This document shows positions 36,321-47,322 of a stretch of DNA of 64,000 nt, piece by piece. The DNA comes from Macrostomum lignano. Lineage: Eukaryota. The notes under the pieces were generated by a model. That model worked only from the letters and a program-made list of their open reading frames with translations, was not told the origin of the DNA and did no database searches. Each line of letters opens with the position of its first letter. Within the stretch, counting starts at the first letter, position 1. The stretch spans positions 18,314 to 82,313 of the forward strand of contig NIVC01003697.1 in the NCBI GenBank assembly GCA_002269645.1, in the 5' to 3' direction. Made by a program: the position numbers and the translations under genes.

Positions 36321-36775
36321 ATGAGTCCGAGGGCCACCGGGCCACGGACTTCACCCGGTGGAAGTCGGCCACCCAGTCGTACCCGGTGACCTGGCAGGCT
36401 GACTTCGAGCCCTACGTGGTCATCGGCCGGGACGCCGCCAGGTTTGACACCAGATTCGTGGGGTTCGGCTGGAACAAGGTGTCCTTCATCATGCAGCTGG
36501 ACATCCTGGGATTCGCTTTCCGAGTGCTGCCCAATGCCTTCATCGTGCACCTGCCGCACGCGCCGAGTCTGGACGTGGCGAGGTTCAGGTTCATACCGGA
36601 GTACCGACACTGCATCAACACGCTGAAGGTGGAGTACATCAAGTACTTGGCTAAGAGGCATGGAGTCCGCGCGCTCAAGTATTTGTCATTTCGTAGGGAC
36701 GCGAGTGGGTCTGTGGGATCGTCCTAGCAGCATTCCCTGGGACTCTTGGGTAGCTGGATCTTGCGTCACTGGCTG

Positions 36776-37418
36776 CTGAGATGCTGTGTGTCTCACTGAG
36801 ATGCTGTGTGTCTCACTGAGATGCTGTGTGTCTCACTGAGATGCTGTGTGTCTCACTGAGATGCTGTGTGTCTCACTGAGATGCTGTGTGTCTCACTGAG
36901 ATGCTGTGTGTCTCACTGAGATGCTGTGTGTCTCACTGAGATGCTGTGTGTCTCACTGAGATGCTGTGTGTCTCACTGAGATGCTGTGTGTCTTACTGAG
37001 ATGCTGTGTGTCTCACTGAGATGCTGTGTGTCTCACTGAGATGCTGTGTGTCTTACTGAGATGCTGTGTGTCTCACTGAGATGCTGTGTGTCTCACTGAG
37101 ATGCTGTGTGTCTCACTGAGATGCTGTGTGTCTCACTGAGATGCTGTGTGTCTCACTGAGATGCTGTGTGTCTCACTGAGATGCTGTGTGTCTCACTGAG
37201 ATGCTGTGTGTCTCACTGAGATGCTGTGTGTCTTACTGAGATGCTGTGTGTCTCACTGAGATGCTGTGTGTCTCACTGAGATGCTGTGTGTCTTACTGAG
37301 ATGCTGTGTGTCTCACTGAGATGCTGTGTGTCTCACTGAGATGCTGTGTGTCTCACTGAGATGCTGTGTGTCTCACTGAGATTCTGTGTGTCTCACTGAG
37401 ATGCTGTGTGTCACTGAG
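36776..37418. repeat. 20-bp minisatellite (ATGCTGTGTGTCTCACTGAG)~32
   Basis: Nearly perfect tandem array just downstream of the LARGE stop codon. Confidence 0.98.
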
Positions 37419-38002
37419 AATCGCATGATAGATACTTAAGATTTTCACTTCAACAAAAAGATTTTAATTTCTGCTATTTACGCCAATTTTTTCAACATAT
37501 CCTCCTTATACTACTTAACAAGTGAGCAAAATATCAGTAGTATCAGCTGAACACCAGCCGCAGACATGCAGTTGTTATTCCACTCCAGTTCATTCTAGTC
37601 AAAGCGACTTTGTTCTTTGCTTTTATTTGCTAAAGTATCGATTGGAAATTGCTAGCAAAATGTTGTGCACCAAATGCGGGTTTTTATTCGTGTACTCTGC
37701 ACACTTTACACCAATGTTTATCTTGCACCGATCACGTTCTTATCAGTTCGATTTAAATCCCAATTTGACCCTGATTTGTAGCATTTATTGCATTTTAATT
37801 GCACGGCGAATTCAATCGATTGCTTAATTGATCAATTATTAGTTCATCTTGTGCTGCAATGTGTAAAATGAAAAGGCTTAATTAAAAACACATTTTACAA
37901 ATTAAATTTGTTAAAGCTAGGGATATAATTAATACCAACGGCTTCTGAATCTCAAATTGGATACTTGTGAATCTTCCATTATTAATTTATTTTTATCGGA
38001 GC

Positions 38003-39790
38003 TGTGAATGTGTTAGACACTCAGTGAACTGTTAGAGATCGGAGCTCTGAATGTGTTAGACACTCAGTGAACTGTTAGAGATCGGAGCTCTGAATGTGTT
38101 AGACACTCAGTGAACTGTTAGAGATCGGAGCTCTGAATGTGTTAGACACTCAGTGAACTGTTAGAGATCGGAGCTGTGAATGTGTTAGACACTCAGTGTG
38201 AACTGTTAGAGATCGGAGCTCTGAATGTGTTAGACACTCAGTGTGAACTGTTAGAGATCGGAGCTCTGAATGTGTTAGACACTCAGTGAACTGTTAGAGA
38301 TCGGAGCTCTGAATGTGTTAGACACTCAGTGAACTGTTAGAGATCGGAGCTCTGAATGTGTTAGACACTCAGTGAACTGTTAGAGATCGGAGCTCTGAAT
38401 GTGTTAGACACTCAGTGAACTGTTAGAGATCGGAGCTCTGAATGTGTTAGACACTCAGTGAACTGTTAGAGATCGGAGCTGTGAATGTGTTAGACACTCA
38501 GTGTGAACTGTTAGAGATCGGAGCTCTGAATGTGTTAGACACTCAGTGTGAACTGTTAGAGATCGGAGCTCTGAATGTGTTAGACACTCAGTGAACTGTT
38601 AGAGATCGGAGCTCTGAATGTGTTAGACACTCAGTGTGAACTGTTAGAGATCGGAGCTCTGAATGTGTTAGACACTCAGTGTGAACTGTTAGAGATCGGA
38701 GCTCTGAATGTGTTAGACACTCAGTGTGAACTGTTAGAGATCGGAGCTGTGAATGTGTTAGACACTCCGTGAACTAGCGGCCTGTTAGAGATCGGAGCTG
38801 TGAATGTGTTAGACACTCAGTGTGAACTGTTAGAGATCGGAGCTCTGAATGTGTTAGACACTCAGTGTGAACTGTTAGAGATCGGAGCTCTGAATGTGTT
38901 AGACACTCAGTGTGAACTGTTAGAGATCGGAGCTCTGAATGTGTTAGACACTCAGTGTGAACTGTTAGAGATCGGAGCTGTGAATGTGTTAGACACTCAG
39001 TGTGAACTGTTAGAGATCGGAGCTGTGAATGTGTTAGACACTCCGTGAACTAGCGGCCTGTTAGAGATCGGAGCTGTGAATGTGTTAGACACTCCGTGAA
39101 CTAGTGGCCTGTTAGAGATCGGAGCTGTGAATGTGTTAGACACTCAGTGAACTAGCGGCCTGTTAGAGATCGGAGCTGTGAATGTGTTAGACACTCAGTG
39201 AACTAGCGGCCTGTTAGAGATCGGGGCTGTGAATGTGTTAGACACTCCGTGAACTTGTGGCCTGTTAGAGATCGGAGCTGTGAATGTGTTAGACACTCCG
39301 TGAACTAGTGGCCTGTTAGAGATCGGGGCTGTGAATGTGTTAGACACTCAGTGAACTTGTGGCCTGTTAGAGATCGGAGCTGTGAATGTGTTAGACACTC
39401 CGTGAACTTGCGGCCTGTAAGAGATCGGAGCTGTGAATGTGTTAGACACTCAGTGAACTAGCGGCCTGTTAGAGATCGGAGCTGTGAATGTGTTAGACAC
39501 TCAGTGAACTAGCGGCCTGTTAGAGATCGGAGCTGTGAATGTGTTAGACACTCAGTGAACTTGCGGCCTGTTAGAGATCGGAGCTGTGAATGTGTTAGAC
39601 ACTCCGTGAACTAGTGGCCTGTTAGAGATCGGAGCTGTGAATGTGTTAGACACTCAGTGAACTAGCGGCCTGTTAGAGATCGGGGCTGTGAATGTGTTAG
39701 ACACTCAGTGAACTAGCAGCCTGTTAGAGATCGGGGCTGTGAATGTGTTAGACACTCCGTGAACTTGTGGCCTGTTAGAGATCGGGGCCG
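38003..39790. repeat. 43/45/51-bp minisatellite array (GAGCTCTGAATGTGTTAGACACTCAGTGAACTGTTAGAGATCG core)
   Basis: About 38 units in three length variants arranged in blocks. Confidence 0.97.
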
Positions 39791-40283
39791 CAAGTTTTAA
39801 CCGAGTTCAATGGCAATTTTTTTGCTAATTTTAGCAAGCGTGCCTAATTGAATATCTTATTCTTTGAGTCTACTAAACTGAATGAGAACCAAGATAAAAG
39901 GTGCTCATTGTGCTGGTGTGGGTACTCGTTCTCAGTTGGAATTAGTTTGTTCTCAGGTAAATTTATTACAGCTGCTGTGTGCAAGGTAGAAAACTAGATT
40001 TAGCATTTTGTCTCGGAGACAAAGGGCTTGTCTGGGGCCTGGCAGGACTCCCACTGCTAACACTGCATCACTGCCAAGGCTAAATGAAAGCAGAGCATTT
40101 CCCAGACTCACACTGTTGATGGCGCAGTACTCGTATTCGTGTGCAATGAAACTTATTTTCTCGCGAAATTAATTTGATAAATTAAACCGAACAGTAAGAG
40201 GCTCGAGGGCTTCTTCTCAAGCCGTCTCTCACGTGTTTCCGACCTTGGCAAAGGCAATGTGCGGAGCGGATCGGGCGTATATC

Positions 40284-40290
40284 TATAAAT
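40284..40290 (+). promoter_or_regulatory. TATA box of the prepropeptide gene
   Basis: TATAAAT lies 67 bp upstream of ATG 40351. A matching AATAAA lies at 40670-40675, after the stop. Confidence 0.65.
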
Positions 40291-40350
40291 AAGCTGGCGT
40301 GAACAGCTCGAGTGTTGGAGATCGCAACCAGCTGCACTACACGAGTCACA

Positions 40351-40587
40351 ATGAAGCTCCGGTTTTGTCTCGCAATGCTGACTGCCTCGGCTTTGCTGCT
40401 GCTGGCGCTGCTGCCGGCGGGCGCCAACGGCGAGGCCGAGCGACCGGACGATGATGAGGCCGACGGGCCGCTGGCCGACCTGGAGGAGCCGAGCAGCTCG
40501 GAGCTCGAGGAGGAGCTCGCCGCCCAGCAGAAATGGTTCGTCCGCTGGCGCAGGAGGAGGTGGAGGTTTCGCTTCTTCCGCGGCTGA
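40351..40587 (+). CDS. 78-aa secreted prepropeptide: signal peptide, acidic propiece and cationic Trp/Arg/Phe-rich C-terminal peptide ending in Gly (putative antimicrobial peptide precursor)
   Basis: MKLRFCLAMLTASALLLLALLPAGANG / EAERPDDDEADGPLADLEEPSSSELEEELAAQQK / WFVRWRRRRWRFRFFRG*. It is a GC-rich island in AT-rich flanks, with TATA and polyA signals. Confidence 0.85.
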   Translation: MKLRFCLAMLTASALLLLALLPAGANGEAERPDDDEADGPLADLEEPSSSELEEELAAQQKWFVRWRRRRWRFRFFRG

Positions 40588-40771
40588 AGGTTGTCGAATC
40601 GATAGAGACTATTGGCTTCTGGATGAAACTCCCCGCTGCGTTTACAGCAGCTTCGTCATGCTGCCATTAAATAAAACTTTTTATATGAAGCCCTCGACAG
40701 TATCTTCTCGACTTTCACGGCATTTCTTTTAGTCTCTTGTAATAACTTTCGATCAATCATCGCCGATTGAA

Positions 40772-41050
40772 GGGGCTGCAGCCCAGTGGTCAGAGCGTCG
40801 GACTCGCGACTGAAAGGTCGGGAGTTCGATTCTCGACCTATTCGGAACAATTTGTGTCCTTAAACAAGACACTTAACTCTGCATTGCTTCAGTCCACACA
40901 GCTGTAAAATGGGTGCCAGCATTAGCTGGGGTAATTGAGAGTGTGTGTGGCGACCCCACAGTCCTTGGACTGAACAGCCGTACGCAGCCTTCAAATGCGC
41001 CGCGCAATAGCTGCGGCTGAGCTGTCGGTTGCCAATCTGATGATCAATTA
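40772..41050 (+). mobile_element. tRNA-derived SINE with CORE-like domain
   Basis: A-box (CAGCCCAGTGG), B-box (GGAGTTCGATTC), then tgtgtccttaaacaagacacttaactc..cttcagt..ctgtaaaatggg and an (ATT)n-like tail. Confidence 0.82.
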
Positions 41051-41551
41051 TTATTAGAATCCACTGATTTATTCCACTAAGTTTTAATCCACTGATGAAG
41101 GGCTGACAAAGTTGACTTGAACGGGGAAGCCTGTCCTGATATTGTTCCGGACCTTTTCAGTGAGTTCACATTCCAGACAGTTGAGATGTTCGCAGCTGGT
41201 GTTGTTTCAGGCGCCTTTTAGTTGTTTCACAGAATTTGAACTGCTCAAAACAGATGGTTTAATATTTCAGGATGGCTGTCCTCCATCTAAAGCTCAGCTT
41301 AATGCGTCTATTGTTATTATATAACGAATGTTTTCTCGAATGTCATAACGGTAGAAACATAGCCGTAATTTAGTCGGAAGTCGTGACTAAGTGAGCTTCG
41401 GAACTGCAGCAGCGTCAAAGCGACTTCGAGGCAGCCCAAAGAGGGCTTCTGTTGAAATTAAAGTCAGAATGTCTAGCAATGCCTCGTACGCGCGTAAGTC
41501 TGAATGCGACATCCTTGGTGTCAATATTGGAGCAGAAGAAACGGAACTTCT

Positions 41552-41917
41552 AAGGGGGGCCGTAGCCCAGCGGTAGCGCAGCTGCTCTGGTGTGCCAGCG
41601 ACCCAGGCTCGATTCCAAGTGCAGTCACATTAATTTGGGGCTGAATTGGAATCTCGGCTTGGCTCTGCTCGTGCAATTAACGGCCTTGAGAGCCAACCCC
41701 CCAAGGCGCAGTGAAGTGTACATGCCTAACGATAAAATAAAGTTAGGGCCGCTGTACACTCCTGTGTGAGTGTGTGCCTGCGTACGTATCCGCGCGCTTG
41801 TCTGCCTGCTCAGGGGAGTTGGCGGAATGGGCAGCAATGCCTCTCGCCGGTTGTGTGCCTGTGTCGCTTAAAGTGCGCCAGGGTGCACACAACCCCCTGC
41901 CTCTAATAAAAAATAAA
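41552..41917 (+). mobile_element. Second tRNA-derived SINE family, with 13-bp TSD
   Basis: A-box TAGCCCAGCGG, B-box GGCTCGATTCC and an A-rich tail. TSD AAACGGAACTTCT at 41539-41551 and 41918-41930. Confidence 0.85.
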
Positions 41918-42691
41918 AAACGGAACTTCTGGCACAACCCCTGGTGTGAGAGAGAATAGAAGTCGGATGTGAGCTATGGAGGGCGGTGGGACTTTGAGAA
42001 GCCACACTCAAGGTTGGAACCAAGCAACTCAGCGATAAACGCGTGTGACTCTCGCGTCACAACCGTCAGTTTCGATTCGGTTTGCGGCGACATTCATTTG
42101 GGGCTGGTTAGCACGGAAATTAGCCGGGCGATTCGCGGCCATAAGGTGGCCAAGCCCCAAGGCACAGATCGAGTGTGCATGCCTATGGTGATGACAAGAT
42201 CTGGGCTGCATTACAACCTGTGAGAGCGTGTGAACGTATGAGGGCGTTGTACGTTGCACCAGGTCTCACAAGACAGCAAAAGTCAAATCTAATGACCCAA
42301 TTCACAGTTTTTCTTTGCTTACTGGGCCGAGGACCATTGAATCGTTTTTCTAATATATTAAAAAAATTGTTTTTTAAAGCTAATTTTAAGAAAATCGGCA
42401 GGACGGTTGTCAAAAAATCAATGACAGACAGAAAAACAGCGCAAAACTAGTATATAGACTTGCAGGAGTAGAGCTGCATCTAAGCCCGATTCAAATCAAG
42501 AATTCCAATCAAAACATTCTCGTGATCTTGATTGACTTGGCAAAAAACATAAATTATCCAGTGGAATCTGTCTCTGGTGCAGCACCCTGACACAGGCTTG
42601 CACTGTAATCATGCACTGCCAGATGCTACCTTTCCCACACTTGCTTGACATCGATAAGTTGTCAATTTTCTCGCAGCATTTTATGAGCGTC

Positions 42692-44032
42692 TCAATTATA
42701 TTCTGTAAATGTACGCAGCACTGAGCCCAGCAACGGAGTCAGTAGGAGCAGTAGCAGTAGCCATTGGTCAGAGCCATATTGCTTGAACAGCAAATGCAAA
42801 TTCAAATCAAACACGGAATAAGCGGCGCACTTACTGATACAGCAGTTCTGACAAACCAGCCAACTTATTAAAAAATATCAAGAATTATGAAATCTTACCT
42901 TAGCTCTACCTGATAGCCACATCATCTTGGGAATTTCTGAAGCGAAATGAAACCACTAAGAGCGCTCACCCATCAGCTGGAAGAAGCGAATCTCGCAGAT
43001 GGTCAGGACCACTCCTGTCAGGGTCTGAACCCGCAGCACCCTGCCGCTGAGACCGCAGCTCACATTGAAGACGGACTCGGGAGTCTCTGTGGAGTAGCTG
43101 GCGCACTGAACTCCATCCATCAGCAGCTGGAAGTTCGCCAGCCTCTCCGGGCAGCAGTCGGCTCGATTCCACAGGGTGACGAAGTCGACTCGAGCTGGGG
43201 AGCCGAGCTCGGCCTGCCACCAGGCTGCCGTGTCTGAGCTGTTGGTAGCTGAGCAGCTGTCAGAGTTCCAGTACTGCGCTGTGCTGCCGTCGATGGCCCT
43301 GTCGCAGCTGGTGAAGTGAAAGGTGGAACTCTGATTGCAGGAGACAGGCGTCAGCAGCCTCACGGGAGCCTGGGTCATCGGCTGCATCCTGAAATATGAG
43401 AAATTTGTGTTTTTAGCTAGTACTAGCAAGCAGCGCCCTCCCCCCCCTGCAACAAAGAATTGAATATAAGCTTATGAACAAACTACATCTCAGCAACCCC
43501 CCCCCCCCGAAAGCTTTGACTTCTCAACAATTTCTCAAAAGAATCTTTTGCTGGACATGACGCTTCTTTTCGACATGACGCTTTTATGCTTGACATGGTG
43601 CTTCATTTATGTTTGACATGATGTTTCATTTATGTTTGACATGATGTTTCATCTATGTTTGACATGATGTTTCATCTATGTTTGACATGATGTTTCATCT
43701 ATGTTTGACATGATGTTTCATCTATGTTTGACATGATGTTTCATCTATGTTTGACATGATGTTTCATCTATGTTTGACATGATGTTTCATCTATGTTTGA
43801 CATGATGTTTCATCTATGTTTGACATGATGTTTCATCTATGTTTGACATAACGCATTTTCGAGATGACGCTTTTTATGGAGTTTATGTGCATCCTGAGGG
43901 CTCTGTGAAAACGAGGATGCTTGATATTCCACCATCGACGCACGGCTACAACTCAGCAAGCAACTCTGGCCCGCACTCCTTCGGAACTCACCAAACAGCC
44001 GCGAATAATAGGGCTATCAACATTGAATTCAT
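42692..44032 (-). CDS. F-type lectin (fucolectin/FTP domain) gene 1, exons 44032-43992, 43388-42970, 42909-42899, 42781-42692; 186 aa
   Basis: Signal peptide MNSMLIALLFAAVW.., FTP domain (AIDG..CSAT..AWWQAEL..NRADCCPERL..C..CEI), an 11-nt micro-exon, and a hydrophobic tail QYGSDQWLLLLLLLTPLLGSVL. All junctions are GT-AG and phase-compatible (561 nt). Confidence 0.85.
43560..43850. repeat. 23-bp minisatellite (TATGTTTGACATGATGTTTCATC)n in lectin 1 intron 1
   Basis: About 11 units, preceded by degenerate gacatgacgctt units. Confidence 0.95.
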
Positions 44033-44239
44033 GCGATTTTAGATGATCTGATCTAAAAAATCCTGCGAGACAGCATACAGCCAAATGAGCTGTGCAGTGA
44101 GTAAATGATCCCCTATAATGCAGGAGATGAGCCACTTCGCCGGTGCTGATTGGTCCGGGCGCTCGAGGTTCGGAAAGTCAAGGGAAAGAGCTTGTAGTTT
44201 TGAATTTTGCTTTGCTACTAATGAGTAGTAATAGTATCA

Positions 44240-44913
44240 GAGTGTCACTGGTCACTGTTGTTGAGTGTCACTGGTTAAAAATGAGTGTCACCGGCTCAAA
44301 CTGAGTGTCACTGGCTCAAACTGAGTGTCACTGACTAAAAATGTGTGTCACTCGCTCACAATGAGTATCCCTTTCTCGAAATGAGTGTCACTGGCTAAAA
44401 ATGAGTGTTACTGGCTCACAATGAGTATCACTTGCTTGAAATGAGTGTCACTGGCTCAAAATGAGTGTCACTGGCTCAAAATGAGTGTTACTGGCTCACA
44501 ATGAGTATCACTTGCTTGAAATGAGTGTTACTGGCTCACAATGAGTATCACTTGCTTGAAATGAGTGTCACTGGCTCAAAATGAGTGTCACTGGCTCAAA
44601 CTGAGTGTTACTGGCTCACAATGAGTATCACTTGCTTGAAATGAGTGTCACTGGCTCAAAATGAGTGTCACTTGCTTGAAATGAGTGTTACTGGCTCACA
44701 ATGAGTGTCACTGGCTCAAAATGAGTATCACTTGCTTGAAATGAGTGTCACTGGCTCAAAATGAGTGTCACTGGCTCAAAATGAGTGTTACTGGCTCACA
44801 ATGAGTATCACTTGCTTGAAATGAGTGTCACTGGCTCAAAATGAGTGTCACTGGCTCAAAATGAGTGTCACTAGCTCACAATGAGTGTCACTGGCTCACA
44901 ATGAGTATCACTT
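44240..44913. repeat. 20-bp minisatellite (ATGAGTGTCACTGGCTCAAA)n with recurring variant monomers
   Basis: About 33 units directly upstream of the lectin 1 promoter. Confidence 0.96.
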
Positions 44914-45714
44914 GCGACACCTTCAAGTGAGCGGAGATGGCAGCCCTGGCAGCGATCAACGCGGTGACGGTGGCGGACCCGCTGCTCATGTTGGTGATTC
45001 TGCGTCACGGCGTTCCCTAAGAGCTTATTCAATTTTAACTGAAATCGGACAATCAAATAAATTGTCAATACAATGTGACTATTGCGTCCCACAGAATAAA
45101 AGCAGAATACTCCATCACGCATTTTGAGAAATTTTCTAGCCACAAGAATGAACTACTTCCTACGCTAGCTAATTGTGAAAAATTAAGTAGGCTGGATGGC
45201 ACTTAACAATTTTTTTTGCAATTTTTTTCCGGCTTGTCCCTCCCTGATGGCTATGGTGGCGAGTCGAGACTTTCGGATGTCTATTTGTCTCTGGTCAGCA
45301 GTGCTCAACATTCAAGCACTAAAAGAGATGGCTTCATATGCAAAACCGAAGGGCAGACGAAGGGTCCTTTCCAGTGTGCCCGAAGGAGAACAGGGAGTGG
45401 CATGCTCTGCTAAAATACATACCTATCGTAAGCAGCGGCTCGTTAGCGAGCAAGTGACCATATACCTCGACATAGACAAGGTTTAAATCTATATAGTTAC
45501 TTAATACTTATGCGCCACCCGGTATGTGGTTATAGATTAAAACACGGGCAAGCCGGTAGAAAGTAGAAAGCCGGTAGGAGGCAGGGTGTATGAGCACTGC
45601 TGAGGCGTGACGTGAGGCAGGGTGTATGAGCACTGCTGAGGCGTGACGTGAAACCGGAGCAAGCGACTGAAACAGAAATTTCACCCCAGGTCCTGTAGAG
45701 AACAGCATTTCCTG

Positions 45715-46050
45715 CATAAGGAGGAAAATTGCATGAGGAGAAGAGGCGGCTTCAACAATTGTTCTGAGTACAGACAGGCAGCTGCAGCTTTTAGATCGAT
45801 AATTGTCAACCAGCTTCTTGGCAGTAGCTTCAGCCGTAAGAACTGCGCTGCTGACAATGGTAAAAATCTGCTTCAGTCTGTCCTTGAGTTGCCTGCTGCT
45901 TGCAAGCTTACTTTTTCTGCTGAAGAGGCTAATCTTTTGCTAAGTGAAGTTAGTGCTGCAGTCGCTCACACTGATGAGGCACAAGAGGAGATGCGCAGTG
46001 GGATAAGGTGGAGGCTGAGTAACATTTGCACTCTCAGTTCTTACTCGTGA
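45715..46050 (+). mobile_element. Relic of the C-terminus of a second P-element-type transposase
   Basis: MRRRGGFNN..AAFRSIIVNQLL..SRKNCAADN aligns by eye with IRGHNGFND..GALRSV..SRNCEDDN of the intact transposase at 12320. Confidence 0.55.
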
Positions 46051-46944
46051 CTTCGCTCGAGTTGAAGTCGCACATTTAGGCCTTTTATTCGACCGCGATT
46101 GCATCATTAGTGCAAGAGTCAAAAGAGAATTGCTCAAAGCAGCAGGATGTTTGTAGTGCATGTGCCCTTGTCTTTTTGGCAGGGCGCGATGCACTTTAGG
46201 ACTCGCTGAGGGGGGGGGATTGGCGTTCGTGGCAAGGTTCGTTTGGCCGCTGGGCTTTGTGCGCACCCCTCCCCAACCGTGCGCCCTGCCCCATGCTCTG
46301 AGTTGGTTGGCTGCGGCCGGGCCGGCTTTGGCGCCGGCGCTGCACCCCTCCCCCAGGCGGGGTTTTGATTGGCTGGCCGGTGCGGGTCTCTATTTTTGTC
46401 GGCTTAGCCGGTGGGGCCGGGCCGTCTGCCCTCAGGCCTGACTTGATATTTATACTTTTTTGCACGCCCCCTTGTTGTTCCTTCTTGCGCCCGCCTTTTT
46501 GTGACGCCGCACGACTCACAGCGGTCTGAGAAAGTCTCAGAGACAAATTCGGTTAAGAGTAAGCAGCCCGAAAAGCTTTAAAATTTAACCCCGAGACCGG
46601 GCCAGAGAAGTAAATTGTAGACCGCTAAATCCACCAGCGAGCAAGACCGCCCCGTGTCCTGGTAAGTTATTGCCACCGGTGAGAACTCAAATAAAAGCGC
46701 GTTCGGTAACTCAGCCACTGGTAGCCGCCTGCTTTGAGTATTCACTCTTTTCTGGGAAGTTTGATAGGCTACGCTATTACAGTAACTTCTTTCCAGAGCG
46801 TCATAACGCGGGAGAGCATATGTACTTTTATTGTACTTATTGTACTGTACTACCACTGTATAAGCACCAGAGAGTGTCGCAGCACCTCTGGGAGCAACGC
46901 GAGTTCTGAGCATCATCACGCCAAAACAAGCTTACTCGTACCCA

Positions 46945-47322
46945 GAGCGTCACAATGCCTGTCAGTAGCAGTATTGCATTGGCAGAGCGTCACAATGCCT
47001 GCCAGTAGCAGTATTGCATTGGCAGAGCGTCACAATGCCTGCCAGTAGCAGTATTGCATTGGCAGAGCGTCACAATGCCTGCCAGTAGCAGTATTGCATT
47101 GGCAGAGCGTCACAATGCCTGCCAGTAGCAGTATTGCATTGGCAGAGCGTCACAATGCCTGCCAGTAGCAGTATCGCATTGGCAGAGCGTCACAATGCCT
47201 GTCAGTAGCAGTATCGCATTGGCAGAGCGTCACAATGCCTGTCAGTAGCAGTATCGCATTGGCAGAGCGTCACAATGCCTGTCAGTAGCAGTATCGCATT
47301 GGCAGAGCGTCACAATGCCTGC
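46945..47322. repeat. 40-bp minisatellite (GTAGCAGTATTGCATTGGCAGAGCGTCACAATGCCTGCCA)~9
   Basis: Tandem units are visible directly. Confidence 0.97.

Larger units (their letters stand above)
33336..36727 (+). pseudogene. LARGE: LARGE-like xylosyl-/glucuronyltransferase (GT8+GT49), disrupted as assembled; exons 33336-33790, 34531-34911, 35438-36026, ~36320-36727
   Basis: N-terminal TM, then IHVALIV, VSWLSNTHYSGVYGLLKL, LDTD, GFNTGV, LADQ|DVINA, WNVQLGDHT, LHWNSPLK, DVTLVSQLSLDR, HWAGPISL, DFEPYVV, FVGFGWNKVS and HLPHAPSLD. There are frameshifts at about 33675 and 35475, and about 110 codons are missing before 36320. Confidence 0.88.

Noticed and set aside
38003-39790. CRISPR-like array (constant repeat with variable inserts)
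   Set aside because: The variable parts are 0-8-nt variants of one another rather than unique spacers, there are no cas genes, and the context is eukaryotic.
40772-41630. tRNA genes at 40772, 41555 and about 17830-17900
   Set aside because: They have A/B boxes but no complete cloverleaf. They continue into shared SINE bodies with tails or TSDs.
46080-46570. GC-rich promoter- or LTR-like block
   Set aside because: No partner repeat, termini or associated ORF was found in the window.
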